64,000 nucleotides of DNA from Chrysomallon squamiferum. Lineage: Eukaryota; Animalia; Mollusca. Position 1 is the first letter of the stretch; the number at the start of each line of letters is the position of its first letter. A model generated the notes under the pieces. The model saw nothing but the letters and a program-made list of their open reading frames with translations. It made no database searches and had not been told where the DNA came from. The position numbers and the translations under genes were made by a program. The stretch covers positions 10,044,001 to 10,108,000 of the forward strand of contig CM022677.1 of the NCBI GenBank assembly GCA_012295275.1. Reading direction: 5' to 3'. Below, one piece after another: positions 23,268 through 35,290 of this stretch.

Positions 23268-25076
23268 ATGTATGTTGTGAAGACCGTTCTACTTTTAGCG
23301 TTCTGCAGATTATGTCTGGGCAACATTCACCCATTACCAGCCTCCGAGGTTCGAGATAAACACCAGATACATTTTCGATCAAACGCTTTGTCAAAGAAGG
23401 TAGTGTTTTTAACAGGCTACGAAATCATTAATTTTTACTTCTGTCTGAAGAAAACAAGCACGGTAAAAATCTCCAGTTTACGATACTCCAATGGCAACGA
23501 CCCCGAAGTCATCACAGCAGTTTTAAACCACAAAAACTTGGGATCCGTTGTCACCATATCACCAGAAAAAGCTGGAGATAACTGGAATGTTTTTCATTCT
23601 AGTAGCGAGATGAAAGGATCAGTAATTCTGGAAAGAGGTTGGTATATTTTAAAGCTCCAGGTTCACGGATCTGATGGAGTGGAACTGGACACAGTCAGTC
23701 TAGATATTGATGACAGCAGTCTCGCGCAGGACATGCTGGAGTGTAAACTTCACTGTACGAGTGATCTGCCCCATCTGAACTCTTCGCCTCGAATTAATGT
23801 TGACAAAAAAGCTAAACTTAGACAGAAAAGTTACCCATCTAAATGTGCGGAAGAGGACAATGTGAAAATACCAGTATTCCTCGACAGCGTGAAAGAATAC
23901 AAACTAATAGCTACTCTACCAGTGTATAAAGCTTTTTTAAACAGAAGAGAACCAAATAATACTCACTGTGTTGCTTTGTCTCCTCTCTACTGGAGTTTTA
24001 CCCACCTCTGTTTGAACAAAACAAATAATCATTTATTTTCAAGTTCGGCAACTTTGAAAGTGTATCCAGGACCTGATACATCGAAAATAGCCGTAATTGA
24101 AATTTCATTCATGTTAAAAGGAAGATCAGAAGGTTACATAGATGCTGATATTGGGTCAATCTTCAGTCTAAAAATCAAACCAGTGACCTCATTTGTAAAA
24201 ATACAGGTTTCATACATTGACAGAAACAAAAATTTAGTTTCACTCAAAGAAGCTGGTTTAAAACCCGGGGAATCTGATGTCGAGTGGCAAATCCCAAACT
24301 TTTCTTGGATCGAACACAACGTAAATCTGATAAAAATTTTATTGTCTGCACAGGATGTATTTTCCATTTGTATGGAAGAAATAAAATTGGCAAGAAAACC
24401 TATGAAACCTGAAAAACATTTTCCTATATACACCAGTAACGAGTTCACTGTTATAGGTGTTGATGTAGACTTTTGGTGGAGAACTCCGGAAACCATGAAA
24501 GTATATGTAAAAAATACTGACAAACTTTATAGAAAAGTAGACTATTTTAAAATAATTCTTCCAGTTCCTTGGTCAGAGGGTTACAGTGAGACACTTGTTA
24601 TCTATCAAGATGGAAACGTACGCCTGCTGCCCCTCCCTCCTGCAGGATTAGACTGGATTCCGTTTGGAACATCAGTTGTGGTTGGAACATGTGATGTTGA
24701 CCTGATCAGACCTGCTGCTCCCATTGATCAAGTGGATATCGACGTCGATAAACGAGAGCTGAAGATTCTTTACAGAAATGGAGAAAAAGCAAAGGTGACG
24801 TTGATTTCGAAAGTGGACAGAACGGAACTCGTTGTTTCTGATCTCATGTTTAAACAGTCCAGTAAGGGATTTCCATTTGCCACATTCCGATCAATGTACG
24901 TCGACGCGGGCAACACAGACAGCGACAGCATCATGGTGGACAGCTCCAGCGTGTTCGGTGTCATGGAGAACCTGAATGGTGTACATGGAAAAACATTTAC
25001 ACTTTTCAGACGATGCGAATCCAAACATCTTACTCTCAGTCCGGATATCCATCTGGAGTTATTGCGCACTCGCTAA
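23268..25076 (+). CDS. Intronless 602-aa secreted uncharacterised protein with a putative N-terminal carbohydrate-binding-module-like beta-sandwich
   Basis: The only long, complex ORF in the window, with raised GC and good start context (aaaATG). It has a signal-peptide-like N-terminus (MYVVKTVLLLAFCRLCLG), an upstream TATA box and downstream AATAAA. The pattern LRYSN...W..F.....V.L..G...L.L......VELD.V.L resembles CBM6/35 by eye. Confidence 0.9.
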   Translation: MYVVKTVLLLAFCRLCLGNIHPLPASEVRDKHQIHFRSNALSKKVVFLTGYEIINFYFCLKKTSTVKISSLRYSNGNDPEVITAVLNHKNLGSVVTISPEKAGDNWNVFHSSSEMKGSVILERGWYILKLQVHGSDGVELDTVSLDIDDSSLAQDMLECKLHCTSDLPHLNSSPRINVDKKAKLRQKSYPSKCAEEDNVKIPVFLDSVKEYKLIATLPVYKAFLNRREPNNTHCVALSPLYWSFTHLCLNKTNNHLFSSSATLKVYPGPDTSKIAVIEISFMLKGRSEGYIDADIGSIFSLKIKPVTSFVKIQVSYIDRNKNLVSLKEAGLKPGESDVEWQIPNFSWIEHNVNLIKILLSAQDVFSICMEEIKLARKPMKPEKHFPIYTSNEFTVIGVDVDFWWRTPETMKVYVKNTDKLYRKVDYFKIILPVPWSEGYSETLVIYQDGNVRLLPLPPAGLDWIPFGTSVVVGTCDVDLIRPAAPIDQVDIDVDKRELKILYRNGEKAKVTLISKVDRTELVVSDLMFKQSSKGFPFATFRSMYVDAGNTDSDSIMVDSSSVFGVMENLNGVHGKTFTLFRRCESKHLTLSPDIHLELLRTR

Positions 25077-25178
25077 TCAGTACCTGTTATTGTTGTCGTT
25101 CTGTTAATGAAGAAACACTCTTAGCAAGTTACTTTTTGTCAAAATTAGATAAGTAAAAGATATTGTTTATGAAAATGT

Positions 25179-25191
25179 AATAAATAATAAA
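25179..25191 (+). terminator. Tandem AATAAA polyadenylation signals for the 602-aa gene
   Basis: aataaataataaa lies about 100 nt after the stop codon. The AT-rich background weakens the inference. Confidence 0.4.
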
Positions 25192-25270
25192 AGTCAAACA
25201 ATTCGTTATCAGCTTTCTCCACCTGTGTCTTTGACACTAATATCACCACCACTGGAAGAACACACACACA

Positions 25271-25321
<51 letters not shown>

Positions 25322-26351
25322 ACACCCGTAAACATTCTAAAATCAGCAGCAGTTCAAAAAATAATTACTTAATGTTATTTCCCGCTGATATCCATTTCTT
25401 TGTTTATTCTCTTTTTTGGTGTTTATTCACTATCTGTTAATAAGTACACAAAAGCCACACTCTAATTCTCCCTCACTCCAAAAAAAGCAGAAGTCTTCTA
25501 TATTGCTGAGAACAGAACACACTTTTAAGCAGATAGAAAGTAAAGTAAATAATAAAAAAATACTTCATAGTATATATTTTATTCCTTGTAAATTCATATT
25601 AGTCAAATAAAAATTGCTAGTGACAAAACTTGCAACTGGTAGGTTAATAAAACATTCAACTTCAGTGTTGATAACCTCGGCATGTACTTAGGATGGTCAC
25701 AAGCCGCACTAACGTTTATTTTAAAAATCCTGTTTTAAAAACAAACAAACAACGAAAACACATTAAATGTTAAAGATCAAATCAAATTATATTAAAATTA
25801 CTATAATATTATAATATCTGTCTTCTTTTTTTCCAGTCATTAACTTAATGTATGAATTAAATATCATTAAGTTGTGACATTACAATAAATTAGTTCAATC
25901 TAAATTTGTTAACAGTCAGTGTGAAACTACATTAAAGTAACATGACATTTCACACGTAAAGCCCTATTAGCGCTCATGTTTATTGTTATTGTATGGTATT
26001 ATTGTATGAGTTTCAGATTTCCAGTTCACAATCTTATATCTGAAGCAATTTCTATGCTGAAATAAAACAAGTTTATTTTTGCATTCAGCTTTGTTAGATT
26101 AAGCTTACATTTGTCATTAATTTGTACTATTAATAAGATTTTAGAATAAAAAGTATTTAACAATTTCAAAATACGTGTGCAATGTAAAATGTTCTAGTGC
26201 TACTCCCAGATGATTTTGCTCAACAACATTCTATACTATTCCAAACGACATGTTCCATTCAGTGTTCTTCTGATCAACACTTTTGTTAAAAGTTATTTTA
26301 TTTACTTATAAATATATAGTTTTGCTAGCAGACTCTTTACATATATCATCA

Positions 26352-26389
<38 letters not shown>

Positions 26390-27049
26390 GATTAGGAGAA
26401 AAACAGCTGATATAGAATGCCCCAGTAAAAAGAGACTACGTTGGGCATCAGCTAATAAAATGAACATAACAAAATAAAAAATAGAAATGATAATAATGAT
26501 GTTTCCTAACTGAGTAATGTTTCGCTTTCTCCATGGTAACAAGTTTCCTAGCAAACTTGACATTCATGTTTTGTTCACTGCTGGCAACAAGCTTCAAACA
26601 TGGATGTTGAGGGATATTTGATTTAGAATATCTAAAATCATGAAAGCAATTATTAAAATTTAAAGTTTCCCCAAAACAAAGATTCTTGTGTTTATAATAC
26701 TGTTTAATAACACTGATTACCAGAGTCAAGTCTGAATTGATCATTACCAGAATGTCTAAAGCAAGTTCATTTACACTCATAAATAGCTGTTTTATGGTAT
26801 CAGGACAATTGCCCCCTGGACAACTTCCCCCATTTTTCTTCAAATATACCATTCAGAATGACCTTTAAGCAACATTCCAATAAATTAGTCAAACAGTTAC
26901 ATTAAAGTTGATTAAAGGCATTTGGATTACTAATTCCAATAAATTAGTCCAAGCTAACTAGCGTCAGCTAATTACTAATTAATAACTTTGATCTGCAAAA
27001 AGTCTGCTAAAACAGCTTATAAAAATCATCTAACATCAAAGGTTCTTAT

Positions 27050-27945
27050 TCATTGACCATGTGTATCCTGTATTAAAATATATTATTATCTCTATTAATG
27101 TCGCCGTCGTTGCCATCGTAAAGGTGTTATTCGTTAACCTTTTCGTATACTTATAGTTGTTTTTTTAACCCTTTTTAATAGCTTATTCTTACCATCTTAA
27201 CGTGCATATTTTAGTTTTTAATACGGATGGGCACGGTCAGAAAATAACAGCGAACAAAACACGAAAACGAATAATCAGTACACCAATAACATTAGAGGCA
27301 ACGCCGGTACGACGGCAACGACGACGGCAATAACAGAAATTACAATAATATGTTTTTATATGTGATGCGCCCGCTCAGAAATTATGAGGAAAAATTTATA
27401 AAACGCGCTAAAGAATAATCAGAAATATCCAATAAAACTAGGAACAACGCCGTTACGACGGCAGTGACGACGACATTAACAGCGATAATAATAATATATT
27501 CTAATAGAGAATGCGCACGGTCACAAAATAAGAATAACAGCGAATAAAAAGCGAAAAAGAATAATGAGGAGTACACCAAGACCTTTAGAACAAAGCAGAT
27601 ACGACGGCGACATTATTGGAAATAGCAATTATATTTTCTGACATAGGATGTGGACCCTATAAATGTTCGAATAATAGTTAATAAAAAGCAAAAGAATAAG
27701 CAGAAGTACACCGAGGACATTGAGAACGACGCCGTTAATAGAGATAATAATCATTTATTTTAATATAGGACGGGCACAGTAAAAAAAAAGAGAATAACAG
27801 CGAATAAAAACGGAGACGAATAATCATGAGTACATTAATATGTACGGCGGTAAAGACAGCGACAATAATAGCAGTTACAAAAATATATTTTAAAAGGTGA
27901 TGCACCCGCTCATGAGGTATGAGGAATAAGTAATAAAAAGCGCTA
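27050..27945. repeat. Degenerate ~125-145-bp CpG-rich satellite, ~6 direct units plus 1 inverted unit
   Basis: Recurring gatg.gcacggtca/gatgc.cccgctca at ~27226, 27364, 27509, 27647, 27769 and 27899, with recurring acgacggc and aataacagcgaa. 27050-27195 is a reverse-complement unit. Confidence 0.8.
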
Positions 27946-29290
27946 CCACTAACTCTATCCCTAACCCAATAGACTAACCCAAACCCTAATCTAACCGAGA
28001 TTTCAGCTCTCACTCTAAATCTATCCCTAGTCGTTAAACTTAACTCTAATGTTAGCACTAGTACTAACCCTATTAATGAAATTGTTTCCCTGGAAATCAG
28101 AAGCACACAATAAACTTTAAATAACCTTAACCCTAACCCTAGTCCAACTTCGAAATCTAATCCTACCCAATTCCCCGATCTTAATTCTTATGCAGACGCT
28201 ACTTCTAATCGTGATCATAAAAATATTTTTCACATTATCATACTTAAATAATAAAATTTACAGTACCCTAACCCTAACTGTAACCACTGACTCTGATGCT
28301 AAAGAAGTGCCTAACCTACATTCTTATGCAAAGACTATTTCTTACCCTGACTCTAAAAGTACTTTGCACATTATCATAACCCTAAGGCTAACCCAAACAC
28401 TAACACTAACCCTAATCTTAGCCCTAACCATAACTCTAACCCTAATCCTAACCCTTACCCTAACCCTAACCATAAACCTCCTCTAACTCTACCACTAACC
28501 CTAGCTCAACTTCTAAACCTAATCCTACCCAAGTCCACAACATGGATACTTAAGTTAACACTGCTCCTAATGGTGACTATAAAATTATTTTGCACATTAT
28601 CATAACACTGATAGTAAAAGTTAAATAACCTGAGCCCTAACCCTAACCTAGCCCAACTTCTAAACCTAATTTCCCAACCTTAATTCTTAGGCAAAGTATC
28701 ATCGTAAAATTATTTTTCACTTTATCATAACATTCATAGTAAAATATACAATATCCTAGCCCTAACCCTAACCCTAACCCTAATCCTAACCCTAATCCTA
28801 ACCCAGACTCTACACCTAACTCTAAATCTAACCCTAAGGAAGTTGTTAAAGCTAACTTTAATGTTAACAGTAGTACTAATTCTGATCATAAAACTGTTTT
28901 CCAGATTATCATAAGACACATAATAAACTTTAAATAACACTCACTCTAACCCTAACCCTTTGACTAACTCTAACCCAGACTCTATCCCTAACTCTATACC
29001 TAACCCTAACAAAGTCGTTAAAGTTAGCTCTAATGTTAACAGTAGTAATAACTCTGATCATAAAACTGTTTTTTCTGATTATCATAAGACACATATAAAT
29101 GTTAAATAACCCTAACCATACCTAAACAATTTTTACATTATCGTAATGCTATTCCTAACCGAAACACTAACACTAATCTTAGCGCTATCGTAATCCTAAC
29201 CCTAACCCTAACCCTAATGCTAAACGTAGCCCTAATGAAGAGAATAAACTTAATCCTGATGCTAACACCATTTCTAACCCTGACCCTAAA
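27945..29290. repeat. Degenerate interstitial telomere-like (CCCTAA)n satellite
   Basis: Runs of ccctaa/ctctaa/tcctaa (e.g. 28378-28505, 28760-28835, 29195-29220) separated by a recurring spacer tgatcataaa...attatcata...taaa.tttaaataac. Confidence 0.9.
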
Positions 29291-30770
29291 GGTGTATTTA
29301 AAAATGACAGTAAATTTAGGCATAAATGATGATGCATGAATACTGAAATATCTGATATTCAGAATTGTAAAAAGAAATTACCTTGAAAGGCTGAGTATAT
29401 TAAATATTCTTAGCTTTTAGGAATTATTTTACTATTAATAAGTTATTGATAATCCAAACAGCTTTCTAACCCTATGGTTATTCATAATAATGTTATCTCC
29501 AAAATATCGTTATTGTGTCTCTCTACAAATCAGTTTACTTGCCTGCCGGTATGTCAGTCTGACTATCTGTCTAGCTATCTATCTATCCATCTATCTATAA
29601 AACACAGATATACAAATATAAGCACTCTAATCTTACAAAAACCCATCCATATAACACATGAACTTACACATGAATTTATTACTCATACACATGCCTATCA
29701 GCTTAGCTCTCTATACATATATCTCTGTATCTATCTGTATGTCTCTCATCTATATCTCTTCCTCTTTGACTATCTATCTCACTAATTATATATCCCTCTC
29801 ATTATACATATCTCTCTCTCTGTATGTCTGTCTCTATATCTGTCTGTCTATCAAACTTCCAGTCTATCTTTTCATCTCTCTCTCAAAAATACATACACAT
29901 TCTTGCACACACATTATGCATATATACCCATTTTCTCTCAGTAATAAAACATCACATATTTACAGCTTACTTACACATATACACATTCAAATTATATCTA
30001 ACACACTTAGCTAGATGAATGTGACAGTGTAGGAGGGCAAATACAGAAGGATGAAATTCTCTTTGTCCTCCCAATATTGGTCAGTTGTATTTGACAATAT
30101 CTGTATTTTTGAAGAATTATCATTCACTTTAGTGTGAACACTGTCACTGCATACTAACAGAGAGTCACATTTTGATGGATTCTCATTTACAATCATTTAA
30201 ACATAATTTTTTTCAAAATATGGACTTATCTTGATTGTTTTATTCTATACACATAATGATCTCCTTCTAAGTTGTTCTCATAGACATGGATCCCTCAGCA
30301 TGCAATGTTGTTTAAGCACATCAGGATCCACAGAACTCACAGAAAATTTACATGAAGCATTTAATAAAGATCAGTAACTCACTGTACATCTTACTAAAAC
30401 TTAGAATATTTATTTGTCAAAATAAATTACTTCTCTGTTCTTATTATCATTACCTTTTAAATTAATTTATTTTATGTTTTTTCTAATCTTCTTTTTTAAT
30501 TATTTACACTTTTTAAAATGTAAATATTTGTCATTTTATCTGAAACAATCATTAGTGATACTTAGAGGTTGTTTAATGTACAAATAGTGACAGCGAGTAT
30601 GTGAAATACTGATTTGTCTTCACAGACATCATACAAACACACTCTATGCTGTCACAATTAGAAAAAGGTATTTTATATATCAATATAATCATCCTATCAG
30701 TAATCATATTTCTATTCACTGTGCTTCTTTTCATTTATGCTTTCATTCATCCACTGTAAAAGTTATTGTA

Positions 30771-30969
30771 CAGGGTGGTCCAAAAGTAGTTGGGTTAGGG
30801 TTAGAGTTATGTTATTACAATGGTGTTCATTATAATATTTGTGATTATATTATTTAAAATTTTATAACTACAGTTATTTAAATATAATCTTTTGGAGTAA
30901 ATATAATTGTATATGTAATCTCGAAATAAATGTTATCATTTACTGTCCACCTACCTTTGGACCACCCTG
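30771..30969. mobile_element. Tc1/mariner-type MITE (199 bp)
   Basis: TIRs cagggtggtccaaaagtagttgg / ccacctacctttggaccaccctg (23 bp, 2 mismatches), with TA on both flanks. Confidence 0.85.
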
Positions 30970-31439
30970 TATATTATGTGTATGTATATCTATATGTGTA
31001 AGTATGATCCCTCCCTATCTCCGACCAGGCTAATTGTTTATGCTTCATCCAGTTTACAGCCACAATGTAACTTTGTTATCTTAAGTCTGAAACCAGTTAT
31101 AACCTTTTATATAAATATAAATATCTCACACACACACACACACACACACACACATAAAGACACTGGATGAATGAAAGGATAAATGAATAGAGGAACATAA
31201 TAAAATATTACATTAATGACTTTTATTCTCAGGTGATCTATGTAGACTACAAACTAATCAGTGTTTCATTGTAAACTGTATAGTTTTCACCTAATACTGC
31301 ATATCTGTCTATAACAACTAAGTGAAAGGTTACCATTCTACCTCTAGTTATCAATATAACATTACCTCAGTCCATCTTTAATATTCTTAATTTCAGTATT
31401 ATTTCAATTTATACTGCACTTCTCCTAGTCAAAGAGTGC

Positions 31440-31440
<1 letters not shown>

Positions 31441-31502
<62 letters not shown>

Positions 31503-31772
31503 TAGCAATAATAATAGTAACAGTAACAATAGTAATAATAATAATAATAATAGGCAATAATAATGATAATAATAATAGTAATAGTAGATAATGGTAGTAA
31601 TAATAGCAATAATAATAGTAATAATAATAATAATAATGGTAGTAATAATAATAATAATGATAATAATAATAACAATAATAATAATAATAATAGTAATAGT
31701 AATGATAATAATGGTAGTAGTAATAATAATAGTAATAATAATTGCAATAATAACAGTAGTAATAATAATAAT
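31441..31772. repeat. Long degenerate (AAT)n microsatellite
   Basis: Directly visible; it explains four low-complexity ORFs. Confidence 0.95.
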
Positions 31773-32198
31773 CAAAAAAGTATGTTGAATCCCTTTTATT
31801 TTATTTTTCTATCCATTAAAATGAAATCCAAACTACCAAATGAACAGGCATACACACACACACAGACTTTTAATTTATGACCTTGTAATTTAATAACAAA
31901 ATGAATGAACATTTGCTAGTATATGGAATGAAACATTCAGATAATGAGAACTGTTGTTTTCTTCTTTAATATGTAAACAGTCCTTTGGTTACAGGAGAGA
32001 TACAAGATATTTGCTATTATTCCAGGAACAGGCCATATGGAACTTTAATCCACAATGTAGAGAAAAAAACAAACATTTTCTAATTTGTATTACATACAGG
32101 ATCAATGTAAAACATGTAGGTATGTTCCAGGAACACTATATTTCAACTTGTATATTATACTGTATCTGTCAATAGAGAAATAATATGTCACTGATGAC

Positions 32199-32257
<59 letters not shown>

Positions 32258-34722
32258 TAAAAATACTTGCTTTTTGATGTTCAGGAAATTGCCCTGACCT
32301 GCAACTATTTTTCTGAATTCCAAATTTTCCAAATTAGTTCCAAAACAGAAAATTGAAGCAGATTTATAATGAACAAAAAATAAATAAATAAATAAATAAA
32401 TAAATAAAATAAAATAAAATAAAATAAAATAAAATAAAATAAAATAAAATAAAACTAATTAATTAAAAACAAAATTAAATCATAAAATAGAAATAAAAGA
32501 GAATAATTAAGATACGTTTCTTCAACTTTTCTGTGTGATTCGAATAATAAGGAATTAAAATGTACCTGAAAATAAATCCATGATAATGCTTTTTGCAGTA
32601 TATATATATATATATATTAAGATAACAAAAAGTTAAAACTAGTAGGTGTTTAATATAATGGATACTGGTTTTTGAATTATTAGAATGATTTTGTCATGAA
32701 AACTATTTACAATTGTCAGAAGAACAGTTTTATGACTGGATAATTTAACAGAAGATCAACAACTGTTTTCTTTGTATTGTAAAAAAGTAACTTCAAAAAT
32801 AATGAAAGAAATCTAATTTCAAAACTGACATTTGTTCGAAATTTAAATTCTAATGAAATGAAAATAAACGAAATTGTATTCCTGATAATTGTTATTTATT
32901 CGTTGCTTTTTTTTTGTTGATATTTTTCACTTTATTTTTATTATTATTTTTTTAATTTGAAAAGAGAAACAAATTCAAATAAAATACAACCAAAATAAAT
33001 TTCTTCTTACATTAGTATTTCCTAATATTATTATTATAGATAGATAGATATAGTTAGAATTTATATAAACAACACTTTATAATAATAATAATAATAATAA
33101 TAAAACAACTTACTGAAGGTACATTTGAGCTAATTAGTGCAATTAATTAACATTTGATAATTTCAGCAAAATGCTTAAAGATACTGTAGGGCATTAGAAA
33201 TCATCATTTTGACATAAAATACATGTATACTGGTTTGAAACTGTTCTGTTTGCCAAATGACTGAAATGAATCACAGGTTTTTTCCACAGATTATGAAGGA
33301 AAAATACCAGCAAGTTTTATTCAGATAAAAAATTTGGTATTATTTTATTCTTTTTTTTTTATCTTTTTTTTTTTTTTTTTTTTGTCATTGGTATGTTATG
33401 AGTTATATAACTTAAAGGATAATAATATTTTACAAAATACTGTCACACATCTGCTAAATATAATTATATTATAATTTAAATGAAAAGCAAAATTATAACT
33501 GATTACTCTGTTGATTAACTGATCAATAAAAATTGATCTAAATTACTGAAAAAAATTATACTCGACTCTTGTGACAAGATTCTACATCGTATTGTTTAAT
33601 AATTTGTTTTGATTACCTGCCCTTGAAAACTATCCAAAAAGCAGACGACAAAACATTCTACAAGCTAAATTACAAATATGTACTCCAAACTATATAAAGA
33701 AAGAAACATTTCAAGAAAGTAATACGTGTACCATGAATATACAAAAAATCAACTCTTTGTGATTCGTAGAATCTACATTTATCTGCAAAATCCATACGTA
33801 AAAAATATCGCAAATAACAGTAGAAATCCAGCACACCCAAAAACAAAATTATTATTATATGAGAGTAATCTCCCTTCTTCTGTTTATGGGGTCCTCGGTG
33901 TACGTCATTGCACACCTCAGAAAATCGCTGAAAACGAAACAACGTATAAAGCTGTATAAAGAGTAATAAATGTGAATGTGTAGGTACGTTCCAGGTATAC
34001 TAATTATCGAATCTATTAATAGGTGACAAATAACTAAAATATAAACAATAAAAATAAATACAGTGGACGCTGTCAAAATCGGATGATTCATTGAGACCAG
34101 CGTGATATGCCGTTTTAGACAGTGCCGATTTATAAACATTAAAATAACATAAAACTGAAATATTTGTTTCATTATTACAATTGTCTCTGATGACTGCGTG
34201 TTCTTCATATTTCTCTCCAAACTCCTGTCATGGCCTCCAAGTTTAACATTAATGGCAAAAGCTGCTTTCCATAACAGCAGCAAAAGATTTTTTTTTTTTT
34301 TGTTCTCTCATTTTAAGATATTAAGTGTACAAAAGTTCGTTTGTATCGTCAGTCCATTCAGATTTTATAATTCGTTTTCTCTCTGTTTGTTACAGTTGTA
34401 TGTAACAGTCACTACTACTACTACTACTACTACTACTAATAATAATAATAATAAATTCATGTATTCATGACGTAACCAAACCGGCCATCTGAAATGTTCA
34501 AGGATAATTTATGCAATGTACAGCGAGTACTGACATTTATGCTAATTCTGTAAAATAAAACATGAAATAGGAAAACACCGAATCGCATGTTACATCAACG
34601 TGGTGAATTTTATACATTTTCATTATACAATTTAATTAAGTAAAACTATACAAAATATTACTTAGGACAGTCGATTTTATACCAAGGTTCTTTTAATTTT
34701 ATTTTACCTCAGTGAATTAATT

Positions 34723-34741
34723 GTGTGTGTGTATGTGTGTG

Positions 34742-34811
<70 letters not shown>
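34723..34811. repeat. (GT)n(GA)n microsatellite
   Basis: Directly visible. Confidence 0.95.
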
Positions 34812-34814
<3 letters not shown>

Positions 34815-35290
34815 AATTATACTGACTATTGATAATACAAATTTGCTGTTTATATCAAAACAGACTTGTCGACGTTTGGCTAAAATAAGTAGACATTGGT
34901 AAATTTAATAATTTGATCTAACCCTCTTTGTTCAAATAATGATGAGATCTTTCAGTAAAACAAAAAAATTGAATTACTTCAGATTAAACAATGATTCTAA
35001 CTCAAGCGACAAGAGGATGTAATCATTATATTTTGAACGAGAGTAATCATTTACACAAACAAGCGTTTTTGACAAATATATCGGAATTAAGCAAGAAAGA
35101 AGGAATAAAAAAAAAAAAAAAAATAAAAGAAATCAATTACAAGCTATAAGAAATACTTTAAATAGATTTGTATTTATTAATTTTTTTTACATAAATACGT
35201 ATGGAAAATATTTACAAACAACAAATTAATCAATAAGCAAGAAATCTCTTTCTAGGATCAGCGCACTTTAAAAGTTACATCGTGTTTCAT

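Noticed and set aside
24134-25069. - strand ORFs of 129 aa and 99 aa
   Set aside because: They are antisense shadows of the 602-aa CDS with no independent evidence.
26448-26852. 134-aa ORF with QNMNVKFARKL, reminiscent of the P-element/THAP9 KMxVKLA motif
   Set aside because: It is a single short motif, and the ORF start lies in a repeat motif. There is not enough to call it.
27945-29290. Classic head-to-head telomere fusion site
   Set aside because: All hexamers are CCCTAA on the + strand, with no TTAGGG-to-CCCTAA switch within the array.
33600-34600. CpG-containing region with overlapping 77-142 aa ORFs
   Set aside because: No recognisable domain or consistent exon structure; it may be a TE remnant or regulatory DNA.
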